The notes: generated from the sequence alone by a model not told the origin. DNA of 64,000 bases from Candidatus Calditenuaceae archaeon HR02 (GCA_002898395.1 BEHE01000002.1:32001-96000); one strand, 5' to 3'. Numbered from the stretch's first letter, positions 10,632 through 21,057 are shown. Numbers and translations are program-made.

Positions 10632-11457
10632 ACTTAATCAGGGTGGTGATATAGTCTCGGCTTTCACGGGCACTGTACACAGGGTCTTTCTCTGAGAAGT
10701 CCTGCTCAACAACCAGCCACTCAACTAGGCCCGAGTACTTCAATAGTGAAATTATTCTCGGAAAGTCTATAATTCCGCTGCCCAATTCTGTTGTAAGCTC
10801 ATACCACTTCTCTACACGCCCAGCTCTCTTGGTAAAGGGCTTAATGTCCTTTAGATGAGCGTACGTAATACGGTCAAGATATCTCTCAATCACTTTGGCT
10901 GGGTCCATTCCTGCCAGCGCTAGGTGGGCCGTGTCAGGGCAGAATCCAAGAAGCTCCGGCTCGATTCTTGATAAGACGTATTCTAGTTCTGTCTGCGTCT
11001 CGATGAGGGTGTCATAGTGGTTGTGGAGAGAGGGTTTAATGCCGTTGTCAACGAATACTTTTAGAGCTTCGGCTAACGTTTTTACGAGTTGGTCTAATAG
11101 CTGGAGGACTTGGTCTTGTGAGAGTCCGGCGCTTAATCCTCCACCGGGCGGCCCAATTATTACATTCTCACAGCCTACTCTTCTATAAGTCTCTGCTAGC
11201 CTTGCCGCCTGGTAGAGTATATTGTTACGCTCCTCTCTCTTGTGAAAATCTGCCGACCAGTATATGCCTGAGACTGTTAGGCCTTGGTTCTTCACTGCAT
11301 GAAATAGAGTTGAGTGGTCGAAGCCACCATCCTTTGTAAGCCTCTGTAGCTCGAACTCGGCGAACTCGACTCCCTCGAAGCCGAGAGCCTTGGCGCACTC
11401 AAGGAACTCTACTACGGGCCGCCGTATGAATATTAACCGCTCAATCGAGAGCTTCAT
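10618..11457 (-). CDS. Sugar-phosphate isomerase/epimerase TIM barrel, IolE (inosose dehydratase)-like
   Basis: HNH, DTAH, HLKD and VEQD metal-binding motifs. Confidence 0.8.
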   Translation of the reverse strand: MKLSIERLIFIRRPVVEFLECAKALGFEGVEFAEFELQRLTKDGGFDHSTLFHAVKNQGLTVSGIYWSADFHKREERNNILYQAARLAETYRRVGCENVIIGPPGGGLSAGLSQDQVLQLLDQLVKTLAEALKVFVDNGIKPSLHNHYDTLIETQTELEYVLSRIEPELLGFCPDTAHLALAGMDPAKVIERYLDRITYAHLKDIKPFTKRAGRVEKWYELTTELGSGIIDFPRIISLLKYSGLVEWLVVEQDFSEKDPVYSARESRDYITTLIKCVKS

Positions 11458-12050
11458 ACCTCGACGCGGAAGGCCTCCGCGGGACTCATTTTTGAAGCGT
11501 GATAGGAGGGGTATGCCGTAGCAAAGAGTGAGAGTATGGCAGCATACAATAGCCCCTGTCCCATGATGTAGAGATACTCGGTGGGTGCAACCATACCGAT
11601 TTCCGCGGCCCTACCGTAAGCTGAAAGGAGCCATACACCGACCCCAAGCCCTACCAACACACCGAAGCCTCCACCAATCACTCCTATTATAACAGACTCA
11701 ATAAGGTAGAGTAGGAGTACGTGCCTATCTGCTGCTCCAAGCGTCTTGATTGTTGCTATCTCCCTATAACGCTCAGCAACAGAGATTAACAGCGAGTTGA
11801 ACACACCGAGACCCGCCACTAGAAGCGCTACGAAGATGAGCCAAAACTGGTAGGCAGCAAATTCTGTCCCTTGGGCTACACGGTTTACAGTTCCGAGAGT
11901 GAGTATTACAGTCATAAACGCTATAGCCAGGAGGACGGAAAGCATTGTTAATAGAGAGCGGCTAAACCTCTTCCTTATGTTTAGGAAGACAAGCTTCAGA
12001 AGCTCGCTTGTGGGGAAGGACACCCGGCCATATGTACCCTCTTTAGCCAT
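11454..12050 (-). CDS. Small FtsX-like ABC permease
   Basis: 'RSLLTMLSV', 'SVAERYREIATIKTLGA', 'YPSYHASKMSPAEAFR'; lacks the large extracellular loop. Confidence 0.85.
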   Translation of the reverse strand: MAKEGTYGRVSFPTSELLKLVFLNIRKRFSRSLLTMLSVLLAIAFMTVILTLGTVNRVAQGTEFAAYQFWLIFVALLVAGLGVFNSLLISVAERYREIATIKTLGAADRHVLLLYLIESVIIGVIGGGFGVLVGLGVGVWLLSAYGRAAEIGMVAPTEYLYIMGQGLLYAAILSLFATAYPSYHASKMSPAEAFRVEV

Positions 12051-12062
12051 CGATTAATACAT

Positions 12063-12482
12063 TTAGCCACGCTGATTTAAGCGTTGATCCTCCTCTCTAT
12101 TCATCTCCACCCTCAAATATATGAGGCCGCGGGTTGACAGCATCTGAAGATAGCGAAGTAGGCTTATTTCTGCCTCCTCCCGCGTCATCTTGAAACTCCT
12201 CACAAGTAGATTCGCGATCTCCCTTACATTCCTTTCTCCATCTATGTTCTCCCAGACAAACCCGCCAACTTTGTCCAGTATGAAGGTGCGGAACTCGGGG
12301 ACTGGTAAGAGGCGCTGAAGAACTCCTCGGGGGCGAGGCATTCTAAGTCTCACACTCATCTCGCCCGAAGCTGTGGTAGTGGACTCGGTGTTGGGGTTTT
12401 TTACAGGTATCATTTTCAGAGCCTCTTCAAGACTTACAGTTGGCAGTTGAGGTCTCCGTCTTCTAAACAGTCTCAAGACCAC
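12063..12482 (-). CDS. PqqD-family (RiPP recognition element-like) protein
   Basis: 'LDKVGGFVWENIDGERNVREIA...YLQMLSTRGLI' is a PqqD winged-helix signature. Confidence 0.8.
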   Translation of the reverse strand: MVLRLFRRRRPQLPTVSLEEALKMIPVKNPNTESTTTASGEMSVRLRMPRPRGVLQRLLPVPEFRTFILDKVGGFVWENIDGERNVREIANLLVRSFKMTREEAEISLLRYLQMLSTRGLIYLRVEMNREEDQRLNQRG

Positions 12483-12571
12483 TAGCCAGTCTGGTAGGGG
12501 GCTTAAAGATTTTTCATCACCTTTATCACGGAAAATAAAGGTTATAAGCCGCTAAGACCTGTGAAGTCCCA

Positions 12572-13963
12572 ATGTCGCGCAAAGTAGTGCTAGGCGATGA
12601 TGACTTGCCTACCGAGTGGTATAATATCCTGCCAGACCTTCCTAAACCTTTGCCGCCGCCTATTGACCCCGCAACAAAGTCTCCTGGTCCCGGAATACTG
12701 CCGAGGCTCTTCACAAAGGAGCAGTTAAACCAAGAAATGAGCAGTGAGAGATGGATCAGAATTCCAGAAGAGGTGAGAGAGGCATACAGGCTGTGGAGAC
12801 CCACGCCCCTCATCCGGGCGGTCAGGCTCGAGAGAGCATTGAAGACTCCAGCTAGGATTTACTACAAATATGAGGGTATTTCACCGCCGGGCTCCCACAA
12901 GCCAAATACGGCTGTGGCTCAGGCCTACTACTACATGAAGGAGGGTGTAGAAAGGGTGACCACGGAGACCGGTGCTGGTCAGTGGGGGAGCGCACTAGCC
13001 TTCGCCAGTATGCTATTCGGGCTGAAGGCAACTGTATACATGGTCAGGGCAAGCTATGATCAGAAGCCTTACCGCCGGATATTGATGCAGGCATGGGGTG
13101 CTGAGATCTTGCCGAGCCCTAGCGATAGGACAGAGTTCGGGAGGCGGATACTGCAGTCTGATCCAGATAATCCGGGTAGCCTGGGGATAGCGATTAGCGA
13201 GGCGATAGAGGATGCGCTAAACCATGACAACGTAAAGTATAGCATAGGTAGTGTGGCGAATCATGTTCTGCTGCACCAGACGGTCCAAGGATTAGAGGCT
13301 AAGAAACAGCTAGAGCTTCTAGACGAGTATCCGGATATTGTGGCAGGCTGTGTTGGTGGAGGTAGTAGCTTTTCAGGCCTCTTCTGGCCCTTCTACTACG
13401 ACAGGGTTGCAAAGAAGGCGCCTAAGGAGGTTAAATTCGTTGGGACCGAGCCCACAGCCTGCCCCACGATGACTAAGGGCATCTACACCTACGACTTCGG
13501 CGACACAGCTAGGCTGACCCCAATGCTACCCATGTATACTTTGGGATCGGACTTCATACCCCCACCCATCCACGCTGGCGGCCTCAGATACCACGGCGAC
13601 GCACCCACCCTCTGTCTACTCCTGAAGGAAGGATACATCGAGCCCAGGGCCTATAATCAAGTAGAGGTCTTTGAGGCTGCCACAATCTTTGCGCGAACCG
13701 AGGGGATCATACCTGCACCGGAGCCCAGCCACACAATAAAATACGTGGTTGACGAGGCTCTGAGATGTAAGAGAACTGGCGAGAAGAAGGTCATACTTTT
13801 CAACCTCTGCGGCCACGGACATTTCGACCTGCAGGCCTATCAGGAGTTCTTCGAAGGGAGGCTCCAACCCTGGGAGTATCCAGAGGAAGCAGTGAAGAGA
13901 TCGATAGAGCGCCTCCTATCTGAGTATCCATGGGTCAAGGACCTCCCCTTCCTAAAGTACTAG
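12572..13963 (+). CDS. trpB2: Tryptophan synthase beta chain 2 (stand-alone)
   Basis: [11 protein letters not shown] lysine, [25 protein letters not shown]. Confidence 0.95.
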   Translation: MSRKVVLGDDDLPTEWYNILPDLPKPLPPPIDPATKSPGPGILPRLFTKEQLNQEMSSERWIRIPEEVREAYRLWRPTPLIRAVRLERALKTPARIYYKYEGISPPGSHKPNTAVAQAYYYMKEGVERVTTETGAGQWGSALAFASMLFGLKATVYMVRASYDQKPYRRILMQAWGAEILPSPSDRTEFGRRILQSDPDNPGSLGIAISEAIEDALNHDNVKYSIGSVANHVLLHQTVQGLEAKKQLELLDEYPDIVAGCVGGGSSFSGLFWPFYYDRVAKKAPKEVKFVGTEPTACPTMTKGIYTYDFGDTARLTPMLPMYTLGSDFIPPPIHAGGLRYHGDAPTLCLLLKEGYIEPRAYNQVEVFEAATIFARTEGIIPAPEPSHTIKYVVDEALRCKRTGEKKVILFNLCGHGHFDLQAYQEFFEGRLQPWEYPEEAVKRSIERLLSEYPWVKDLPFLKY

Positions 13964-14011
13964 AGGGGCAGCGAGGTTTATAAATAGAGCCGGAGGTCTC
14001 AGGCATTAGAA

Positions 14012-14173
14012 TTGGTCCTGACAGACACATTCCTGATACAGCTGGCGCAGAGAAGAAGACTACACTATAAGATCTGTAGGAGGTGCGGGGCTAGGAACTC
14101 GCCCGACGCGGAGAAATGTAGGAAATGCAGGAGCAGGAACCTCAGGTGGAAGAAGAGGGAGCTAAAGAGGTAG
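14012..14173 (+). CDS. rpl40e: 50S ribosomal protein L40e (below the ORF-track size limit)
   Basis: Manual translation MVLTDTFLIQLAQRRRLHYKICRRCGARNSPDAEKCRKCRSRNLRWKKRELKR. Confidence 0.95.
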   Translation: MVLTDTFLIQLAQRRRLHYKICRRCGARNSPDAEKCRKCRSRNLRWKKRELKR

Positions 14174-14179
14174 AGGGCT

Positions 14180-14944
14180 TCAACTCGTCTCCTTAATTTT
14201 TAGGTGAGACATCTTCACCGGAACGGACCTGAAGAGGGGGTGAATTTCTACAGAGAGGTCTCTAGCACCATGCGGCGCCGCGATAATCCACGCAAATTTT
14301 ATTCCATTAAGCGAGGTCCCCACGTTGGGATGGTATCCCCTCTCGATCAGAACTACGTCACCGTCTCTGACTACGTGGGCTTCTTCACCTTCCTCGTCCA
14401 TCAGGAGCTGAACACCAAACCCTGGATTCATCCCGTAGAAGATGTAGGCCTCGGGTTTTCCGTCATGTCTATGTGGGGGATAACTTGTCCACGATGCCCC
14501 AATACTCTCGGTATAGCCTGCCAGAAAACGGTCAACTGGGTCATCTTCACTAATCATCACCACTATGGTCCGCGCATAACAATCTTGGCCGGACTCTATC
14601 TTGGGTGCGTCATTAAACCTCTTTACGAACTGATTACTCCGAGCGAATCCCCGCGCCTCCGCTACGTAAATGTTTGCATCGCCCTCAGCCTGTATATCGA
14701 GTCCGACATCCCGCGGCGTGTAGATCATGTCTCTCACACGGAGCAGCTCGTTGTTCACAATTAGAGCGCCGTCGGTCGAGAAGACAATTCGTTCATACTC
14801 AGCAGCCTCCATGGAGTATTTCTCACCCCTTCTAGCCCTGACATGGTATAGGGCAAAATCACCTGTCGCAAATAATCTCTCTAAGGCGTTGCGGGTTTCC
14901 CTTGCCCGTATCAGGCGCCCCCTCAACCTACAACACACCCACAC
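14180..14944 (-). CDS. iolB: 5-deoxy-glucuronate isomerase (IolB/KduI cupin family)
   Basis: WTSYPPHRHD, 'GFGVQ', 'RGYHP' motifs. Confidence 0.8.
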   Translation of the reverse strand: MWVCCRLRGRLIRARETRNALERLFATGDFALYHVRARRGEKYSMEAAEYERIVFSTDGALIVNNELLRVRDMIYTPRDVGLDIQAEGDANIYVAEARGFARSNQFVKRFNDAPKIESGQDCYARTIVVMISEDDPVDRFLAGYTESIGASWTSYPPHRHDGKPEAYIFYGMNPGFGVQLLMDEEGEEAHVVRDGDVVLIERGYHPNVGTSLNGIKFAWIIAAPHGARDLSVEIHPLFRSVPVKMSHLKIKETS

Positions 14945-14949
14945 AGCCC

Positions 14950-15960
14950 CTATTGAGAAGTAGGCTTGGTTATCTCGTCGATCCTTTTCAAGTCGTCTGA
15001 AGAGAGCTTCACATCCACGGCCTGGAGATTCTCTTCAAGCTGCTCCGGCCTAGTTGATCCAATTATAGGTGCTGTGACTTCTGGCTGGTGGAGTATCCAC
15101 GCTAAACTGAGCTGAGCCAGCGTTATGCCTTTCTCCTTAGCCATCAAAGCGAGCTCGTTCACTATCTTGAGATTTCTCTCGGTGAGGAGGGGGTTTACTG
15201 AGGTGCTATATGATGCTCTCGCATCACCCACTAGTCCCGCGAGGTATCGTCCAGCAAGTAGCCCCTGGGCTAGAGGGGAGTAGCATATGACGCCTATACC
15301 AGTCTGCCTAACTAAGGGGAAGAGCTCTTTTTCAGCTTCGCGCTGGAGGAGGTTGTATAGTGGCTGGACACTTACGAATTTCACGATCCCAAGTCTCTCT
15401 GATACCGCGAGGGCCTGGGATATCTGCCAGGCCTGAAAGTTTGAGCAACCGACATAGTGAACGAGGCCAGCCCTGACTAGGTCGTCGAAAGTCCTCAATG
15501 TCTCTTCAAGAGATGTTGATGGGTCAAAGCCATGGGCCTGGTATAGGTCGATGTAGCTGGTCTGGAGTCTGGAGAGGCTATCCCTCAACGCCTTCATAAC
15601 ATGCTTTCTGGAGAGCCCCTCATCATTAGGGCCATTTCCCATGGGAAACCTGACCTTGGTAGCAATAACTAGTGACTCTCTATCGACCATCTGGAGGAAT
15701 CTGCCCAGCAATCTCTCAGCATATCCCACATGGGTCACGGGAACCGGCGCCACGGCACCGTGATATCGGTTTGCGGTATCGATCGCGTTTATCCCCATAT
15801 CGACTGCCTTTCTCCAAAGCTTGAGTGTTGCCTCCTCGTTGATCTTCCTCACACCATAGGTATCCACTTCGGGGAGCGTCGGGAGATACCATGTGCCGAG
15901 GACTAGGCATGAAATTTTTAGGCCGCTCCGTCCCAGCTGCCTATACTGGATTGGCATCAC
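14950..15960 (-). CDS. Aldo/keto reductase
   Basis: LGRSGLKIS, IDTANRY, YIDLYQAH, YSPLAQGLL. Confidence 0.92.
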   Translation of the reverse strand: MMPIQYRQLGRSGLKISCLVLGTWYLPTLPEVDTYGVRKINEEATLKLWRKAVDMGINAIDTANRYHGAVAPVPVTHVGYAERLLGRFLQMVDRESLVIATKVRFPMGNGPNDEGLSRKHVMKALRDSLSRLQTSYIDLYQAHGFDPSTSLEETLRTFDDLVRAGLVHYVGCSNFQAWQISQALAVSERLGIVKFVSVQPLYNLLQREAEKELFPLVRQTGIGVICYSPLAQGLLAGRYLAGLVGDARASYSTSVNPLLTERNLKIVNELALMAKEKGITLAQLSLAWILHQPEVTAPIIGSTRPEQLEENLQAVDVKLSSDDLKRIDEITKPTSQ

Positions 15961-16670
15961 CCACCACCCAACCCCAGATACATTCGTCCAAGCTCCCTAT
16001 TATTTAGGAGTTCGGAGGGGTCACCCTCAAAAAGTACTCGCCCCCCAACCAGTAGGACAGCGTGGTCTGAAAGCCTAAGAGCCTTAACCACGCTCTGCTC
16101 AGCAAGCAATACTGTGAATCCGTGATCGTCTCTCAGCCTCCTCACAACGTCGAGTACTGTATTCACCATTTTTGGTGAAAGGTTGGCTGTAGGCTCGTCC
16201 AGCATGACGACTTTGGGCCGCCTCATCAAGGCCATGCCGATAGAGAGCATCTGCCTCTCACCCCCGCTCAGACTTGAAGCCTTTCTATGAAGCATCTTGT
16301 CGAGGAATGGGAAGAGCTGCAAAACCTCCTCGGTCCGCTTTCTCCTCTCGTCCTCGGGCAACATATACCCACTCATCAGGAGGTTCTCACGCACAGTCAG
16401 GTTTAAGAAAAGGTTATTGATCTGGGGGAGATACGCTATCCCTAACCGCGCAATCTCGTGGGGAGGGCGGCCGGACAGCTCGGCGCCATCGAGCCTTATG
16501 GAGCCGTTGTAGATGCTGGCTTGCCCAAAGATTGTCTTGAGGAGCGTGCTCTTGCCACTACCATTAGGACCGAGTAGGGCCGTTATCTCACCACGCCGCG
16601 CGCTCATAGAGACGTTAAATAGTATCTGAAGCCGCCCATAACCCGCGTCAAGACTCTTTACGGATATCAC
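15957..16670 (-). CDS. livF: Branched-chain amino acid-type ABC transporter ATPase
   Basis: GPNGSGKS, LSGGERQM, LDEP. Confidence 0.9.
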   Translation of the reverse strand: MISVKSLDAGYGRLQILFNVSMSARRGEITALLGPNGSGKSTLLKTIFGQASIYNGSIRLDGAELSGRPPHEIARLGIAYLPQINNLFLNLTVRENLLMSGYMLPEDERRKRTEEVLQLFPFLDKMLHRKASSLSGGERQMLSIGMALMRRPKVVMLDEPTANLSPKMVNTVLDVVRRLRDDHGFTVLLAEQSVVKALRLSDHAVLLVGGRVLFEGDPSELLNNRELGRMYLGLGGG

Positions 16671-17437
16671 GATAACTTTTCACCGAGATAGCTCTCAACC
16701 ACCTCTGGGATTGTGAGCACCTGCTCGGGCGAGCCCTCCGCAATCAAGCGACCATTAAACATAGCCAAGACCTTGTCTGCATACTTCATGGCGAGGTCGA
16801 GTCTGTGCTCGACTATGAGGGCTGCGAGACCGACCTCCGAGACAACCTGCCTTATATGCGAAAGGACCGACTCGGCTATCACTGGGTTAAGTCCTGCCGT
16901 AGGCTCATCCATCAAGATAACCCTAGCCCCGCTCATCAGCAACCGGCCAAGCTCTAGGAGCTTCATCTGGCCGCCGCTCAACTTGCCTGCGGGCTGGTCC
17001 CTAAGCTTGTCCAACCCCACCAGCTCCAGAATCAGGAGAGCCCTCTCGGTTAGCTCCATCTCTCTCCGAATCCATCTACGCCTAATCGGTGCGACTCGAA
17101 TACTCTCACCCTCCGTAGCCCCCGCAGCCATCAAGACGTTATCAAGGACTGTTAAGCTGGGGAAATGCCGGGCTGTCTGAAAAGTTCTTACCAGACCTAT
17201 GCCAAACCGCTCATGTGGTTTCAGATGGGTAATGTCCTTTCCATTCATAAGTATTCTGCCCCTGTCGGGGTAATAGTGGCCTGCAATGAGATTGATTAGG
17301 GTGCTTTTCCCGCTACCGTTAGGCCCAATTAGAAGAGTGAAAACCCCCCTCTTGAGGGAGAGATCTACGCCATCCACCGCGCATACTCCCCCAAACCTCT
17401 TTTCCAGTCCTAGACATTTCACTAGTCCGTCGTCCAA
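16667..17437 (-). CDS. livG: Branched-chain amino acid-type ABC transporter ATPase
   Basis: GPNGSGKS, RTFQ, LSGGQMK, VEHRL. Confidence 0.9.
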   Translation of the reverse strand: MDDGLVKCLGLEKRFGGVCAVDGVDLSLKRGVFTLLIGPNGSGKSTLINLIAGHYYPDRGRILMNGKDITHLKPHERFGIGLVRTFQTARHFPSLTVLDNVLMAAGATEGESIRVAPIRRRWIRREMELTERALLILELVGLDKLRDQPAGKLSGGQMKLLELGRLLMSGARVILMDEPTAGLNPVIAESVLSHIRQVVSEVGLAALIVEHRLDLAMKYADKVLAMFNGRLIAEGSPEQVLTIPEVVESYLGEKLS

Positions 17438-17468
17438 TTCCTTTAAAAATCATAAAAATAATCCAAAT

Positions 17469-18935
17469 TTAAGTGTATTTCCCTTCGTATCCGGGCGCCC
17501 AGGCTACACTGTCTGTGGATGCCCTGTATGTGCCGACGATCTTCCATTCGTACTTGTCGCCAACCTTTTCAATAGCCCAGACATCGTAGTCTCCACCAAC
17601 CCTATCACCGCTCTCGTTCAGTATCGTCCACCCCGATGCCCCGAAGTATTGGCTACTTATGAGAGGGAGGACCCCCTTGACCGCAGTTGTATCGTATTTG
17701 TCCACAGCAAGTATCGATAGCGCTAAGACCCAGAGAATGTCATATATCGTGTATGTATAGGTATCGGGCTCCCTACCATAGACCTGTTTAACCCTCTCTC
17801 TAACCCGTTCGAATATATCACTAGTCGTTGCCGCATAGATTGTGTGGAGGAATTTCGTGTCTACGTTGAACTGAGCCGATGTAGCGTCTTTTTGTATGTC
17901 GCCTGAGCCTGCCGTGCCGTCGCTTCCAAACCATCTAACGGAGCGCAAGACGTCGCGCTTAGCCGCCTCCTGCAGGATTAATACGGCCTCCTCAAAGGAG
18001 ATTAAGTGAACAGCCACTGCCCCTTGCCCGTACTTTGAAATCGCATCTCTAACCTTACTCTCAAGCGTGGCGATTTCGGTGGCAAACTCCTTGGCGTCCG
18101 GGTTATACCTTATCCCAGAGTCTACTGCCCCGCCTAACCTCTTGAAGGCATTCTCAGTAGCCGTCTTGAGACCATCACCGTATGTGTCTCCCCTCCAGAT
18201 AGGCACATAGAATTTGATACCAGCATTCCACATTAGACGGGCAAGTGCTGGACCCTGCTTCCTATCGTCGGGTATGAATCTAAATATATTGTCGCCGGGT
18301 ACGGCCAAGTCGACCGCCGTAGAGGACTGGCTGACGACTAGTATGTTGTTCTCGTCAGCGTATGTCTTCAGGTTTCTTACCTCACGGCTGCTTAATGGGC
18401 CGGCAACCATCTTCACTCCGCGGGCGGCTAGAGCCTGCAGCTTTGCGAGAGCCTGCTCAGGCTGCGTTGCAGTGTCCTCAATCTCTAAGACAACCCTGAG
18501 GTTAATGCCGCGCTTTGAAAGCCAAGCATTAATATCGTCTCTGGCGAGCTCTAGAGCGGTCCGGTGATTTTCACCGAATGTCCTCAGGTCGCCCGAGAGG
18601 CTGAGCAGCGCGCCAATCCTAATCTCCCCACTAAGTGTCACCGCCTTGTCCGCTAGCGAGGCTGGGATATAGGGAAGCCCGTCTCCGAGCTTGACCACCG
18701 ACTGCTCGAGAAGAGAAGGCAGTGGGCCGACGGCTTGAGGCGGCTGACCCACAGTGGTGGTTAGCGTTCTCTCCTGAACAACAGTTCTCTGCTGTACAAC
18801 AGTCGTCGTCAGTGTGGCTGGAGGGCTGAGGGAGGGCCCTAGAAAGATTCCTATAACGCCACCCACTACCAGCCCGACTACAAGCAATCCGATGGCTGCT
18901 GCGGTTGAAATCGCGCGTATACTGGACTTGTTCAT
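17469..18935 (-). CDS. HAAT/LivK-family ABC substrate-binding protein
   Basis: N-terminal TM anchor, Thr-rich linker, 'IGALLSLSG', 'DNIFRFIPDD'. Confidence 0.88.
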   Translation of the reverse strand: MNKSSIRAISTAAAIGLLVVGLVVGGVIGIFLGPSLSPPATLTTTVVQQRTVVQERTLTTTVGQPPQAVGPLPSLLEQSVVKLGDGLPYIPASLADKAVTLSGEIRIGALLSLSGDLRTFGENHRTALELARDDINAWLSKRGINLRVVLEIEDTATQPEQALAKLQALAARGVKMVAGPLSSREVRNLKTYADENNILVVSQSSTAVDLAVPGDNIFRFIPDDRKQGPALARLMWNAGIKFYVPIWRGDTYGDGLKTATENAFKRLGGAVDSGIRYNPDAKEFATEIATLESKVRDAISKYGQGAVAVHLISFEEAVLILQEAAKRDVLRSVRWFGSDGTAGSGDIQKDATSAQFNVDTKFLHTIYAATTSDIFERVRERVKQVYGREPDTYTYTIYDILWVLALSILAVDKYDTTAVKGVLPLISSQYFGASGWTILNESGDRVGGDYDVWAIEKVGDKYEWKIVGTYRASTDSVAWAPGYEGKYT

Positions 18936-19008
18936 TGTAAGTGTTTATACGAGGCTTACAGTATATAAACTTTAAATTGAGATACTTAACATCGATCGTA
19001 TAAGCCCC

Positions 19009-19923
19009 TTGGTCGACCCAGCTTTAGTGAATACGCTAGTTTTCTCAGGGATAGCTGCCATGTCAAGCGTGGGCTTGACCCTCACCTATCTAACCACCCG
19101 CGTCCCCAACTTCGCCCACGGATCATTCCTCACGGTTGGGGCCTACGTGGCCGTCTACTGGGCCCAAATACTACAGAGGAGCCCCTATGAGGTTGTCTGG
19201 GCCTCTGCACTTTTGAGCGGATTGGTCTCAGTTACGCAATACAAAGTTGTCCTAAACCCCCTCAGGAGGAGGGGGGCTTCACCGACCTATCAGATGATTG
19301 CGACCTTGACCGTTGCTTTCTTCATCTTTGGAGTAATGAGTATTTTGGCCGACTATTTCGGAAGGACCTACAAGGTAAGGACAAGCTATATTGCCCTTAG
19401 AGCATTCGATCCGGAGATAATGTCTATTCCTCTGGTCACGCTATTATCACTTGCGTCGGTCATCCTATCCACAATCCTCCTCTACATATTCCTAAACAAA
19501 ACAAGGACTGGCGTAGCTCTGAGAGCGTCAATCGAGAATCCAGAACTCGCCCAAGTATTGGGAATCAACATCGAGAGAATGTACATGCTGGCATGGTTTA
19601 TCGCGGGCTCGTTGGGAGGATTCGCCGGTCTAATGTATGCCATGTGGCTCCCAGTCACAACCACGGCGGGCGACGAGTTTCTACCCACGATATTCGCATC
19701 CAGCATCCTCGGCGGGCTGTCCAGCATATTCGGTTCTCTAGCTGGCGGGATACTGGTGGGGGCGGCAAACTCTCTGATACCGCAGATGATAGCCGCGTTG
19801 GGTTTCACGGAGATAATACAGTATCGGCCGATCATACCGCTCCTGATAATGTCTATAGTCCTGCTGACGGTGCCCGAGGGAATAACGTCCTTGGCTATGA
19901 AGTGGGTGAGGTCCTCGAGATGA
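19009..19923 (+). CDS. livH: Branched-chain amino acid-type ABC permease
   Basis: GLTLTY...NFAHG; 'GVALRA...LGIN'. Confidence 0.88.
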   Translation: MVDPALVNTLVFSGIAAMSSVGLTLTYLTTRVPNFAHGSFLTVGAYVAVYWAQILQRSPYEVVWASALLSGLVSVTQYKVVLNPLRRRGASPTYQMIATLTVAFFIFGVMSILADYFGRTYKVRTSYIALRAFDPEIMSIPLVTLLSLASVILSTILLYIFLNKTRTGVALRASIENPELAQVLGINIERMYMLAWFIAGSLGGFAGLMYAMWLPVTTTAGDEFLPTIFASSILGGLSSIFGSLAGGILVGAANSLIPQMIAALGFTEIIQYRPIIPLLIMSIVLLTVPEGITSLAMKWVRSSR

Positions 19924-21008
19924 TCTCTTTAGACCAATTGATTAGATTTGTTCTGGATCTCGCACCCTGGGTAGCGGCCTACCTCGTGATATCTCTAAGC
20001 CTCAACCTCGAGTATGGGTTTGGGGGGATTCCTAACTTCGGTAAAGTGCTTTGCGTTTCAGGTGGAGCGTTTCTTGTCGGCGCAATCCCTGGACAGCTGA
20101 TAGCAGCACTCTATAACTTGGGGGAGGGACTGAACTATTTCGATAACCACGCTCAGATTATGCCGAAGATAAACGACGTCCTCGCGAGAGATCCTATCCT
20201 CTCAACCGCCTTACTGATCTTTACACTGATTGCAACCATGCTCGTAGGTGCTGGTCTTGGACTCGTCTCGAGCATACCCTCAGTGAGGCTAAGAGAAGAG
20301 TATCTGGCAATGACACTTTTAGCTATGGGCGAGATCCTCATACTTATTGGCGACAATTATAAGAGTCTCATAGGTGGGACTTTAGGAGTCTTTGTCCCCA
20401 GCTTCCTTGGATGGATACCTGTCCCAACTAGGAGTTATGTACTAACAGCGTTACTGGTGGGCATAGCCGTGCTGGTTTTCATCTTTGTCGAGCTATTGAC
20501 AAAGTCTCCGTATGGTAGGCTTCTCAAGTCGATAAGGGATGACGAGGTGCTAGCCCAAGCACTCGGGCGCGACGTTGTTAGCGTTAAGAGGAAAACAATA
20601 ATTCTTGCAGGCGCTCTTGCAGGCTTGGCCGGTGCCATGCTTGCACTCACCACAGGTGCTGTTAATGCTAAGAATTACAGTAGGGCTAACCACACCTTCA
20701 TCCCATGGGTGATGGTTCTGGTTGGTGGCGCCGCGAATAACTGGGGAACGGCCCTTGGCGTCATTGTGTTTATGGCCTCTTCGCGCCTGATTGATGTCTT
20801 CAAGAGAGAGCTACAGCTTTATCTCCCATTTGACGTGGTCTGGCTGACACCGCTCCTACTCAGTACGACACTTCTCATAGTAATGTTCTTCAGGCCAGGT
20901 GGGATAATACCTGAGAGCCGGGCGCAAACGCTTAAGCCAGAAGAGCTGGATTCACTTAAAACAGGCCTGAGACAACATCCTGACCGTACACGAGAGCTAA
21001 AAGCCTAG
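19920..21008 (+). CDS. livM: Branched-chain amino acid-type ABC permease
   Basis: Start placed at ATG 19920 (ATGA overlap with livH); 'SLNLEYG...NFG', 'SPYGRLLKSIRDDE'. Confidence 0.88.
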   Translation: MISLDQLIRFVLDLAPWVAAYLVISLSLNLEYGFGGIPNFGKVLCVSGGAFLVGAIPGQLIAALYNLGEGLNYFDNHAQIMPKINDVLARDPILSTALLIFTLIATMLVGAGLGLVSSIPSVRLREEYLAMTLLAMGEILILIGDNYKSLIGGTLGVFVPSFLGWIPVPTRSYVLTALLVGIAVLVFIFVELLTKSPYGRLLKSIRDDEVLAQALGRDVVSVKRKTIILAGALAGLAGAMLALTTGAVNAKNYSRANHTFIPWVMVLVGGAANNWGTALGVIVFMASSRLIDVFKRELQLYLPFDVVWLTPLLLSTTLLIVMFFRPGGIIPESRAQTLKPEELDSLKTGLRQHPDRTRELKA

Positions 21009-21057
21009 GCTGGGGAGTCATCTTAATAACATGCCACCCTCAGCATCGGAGTAGGGA

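Noticed and set aside
19593-19919. N-terminal extension of the 471-aa ORF
   Set aside because: It overlaps livH in another frame; the real livM start is ATG 19920.
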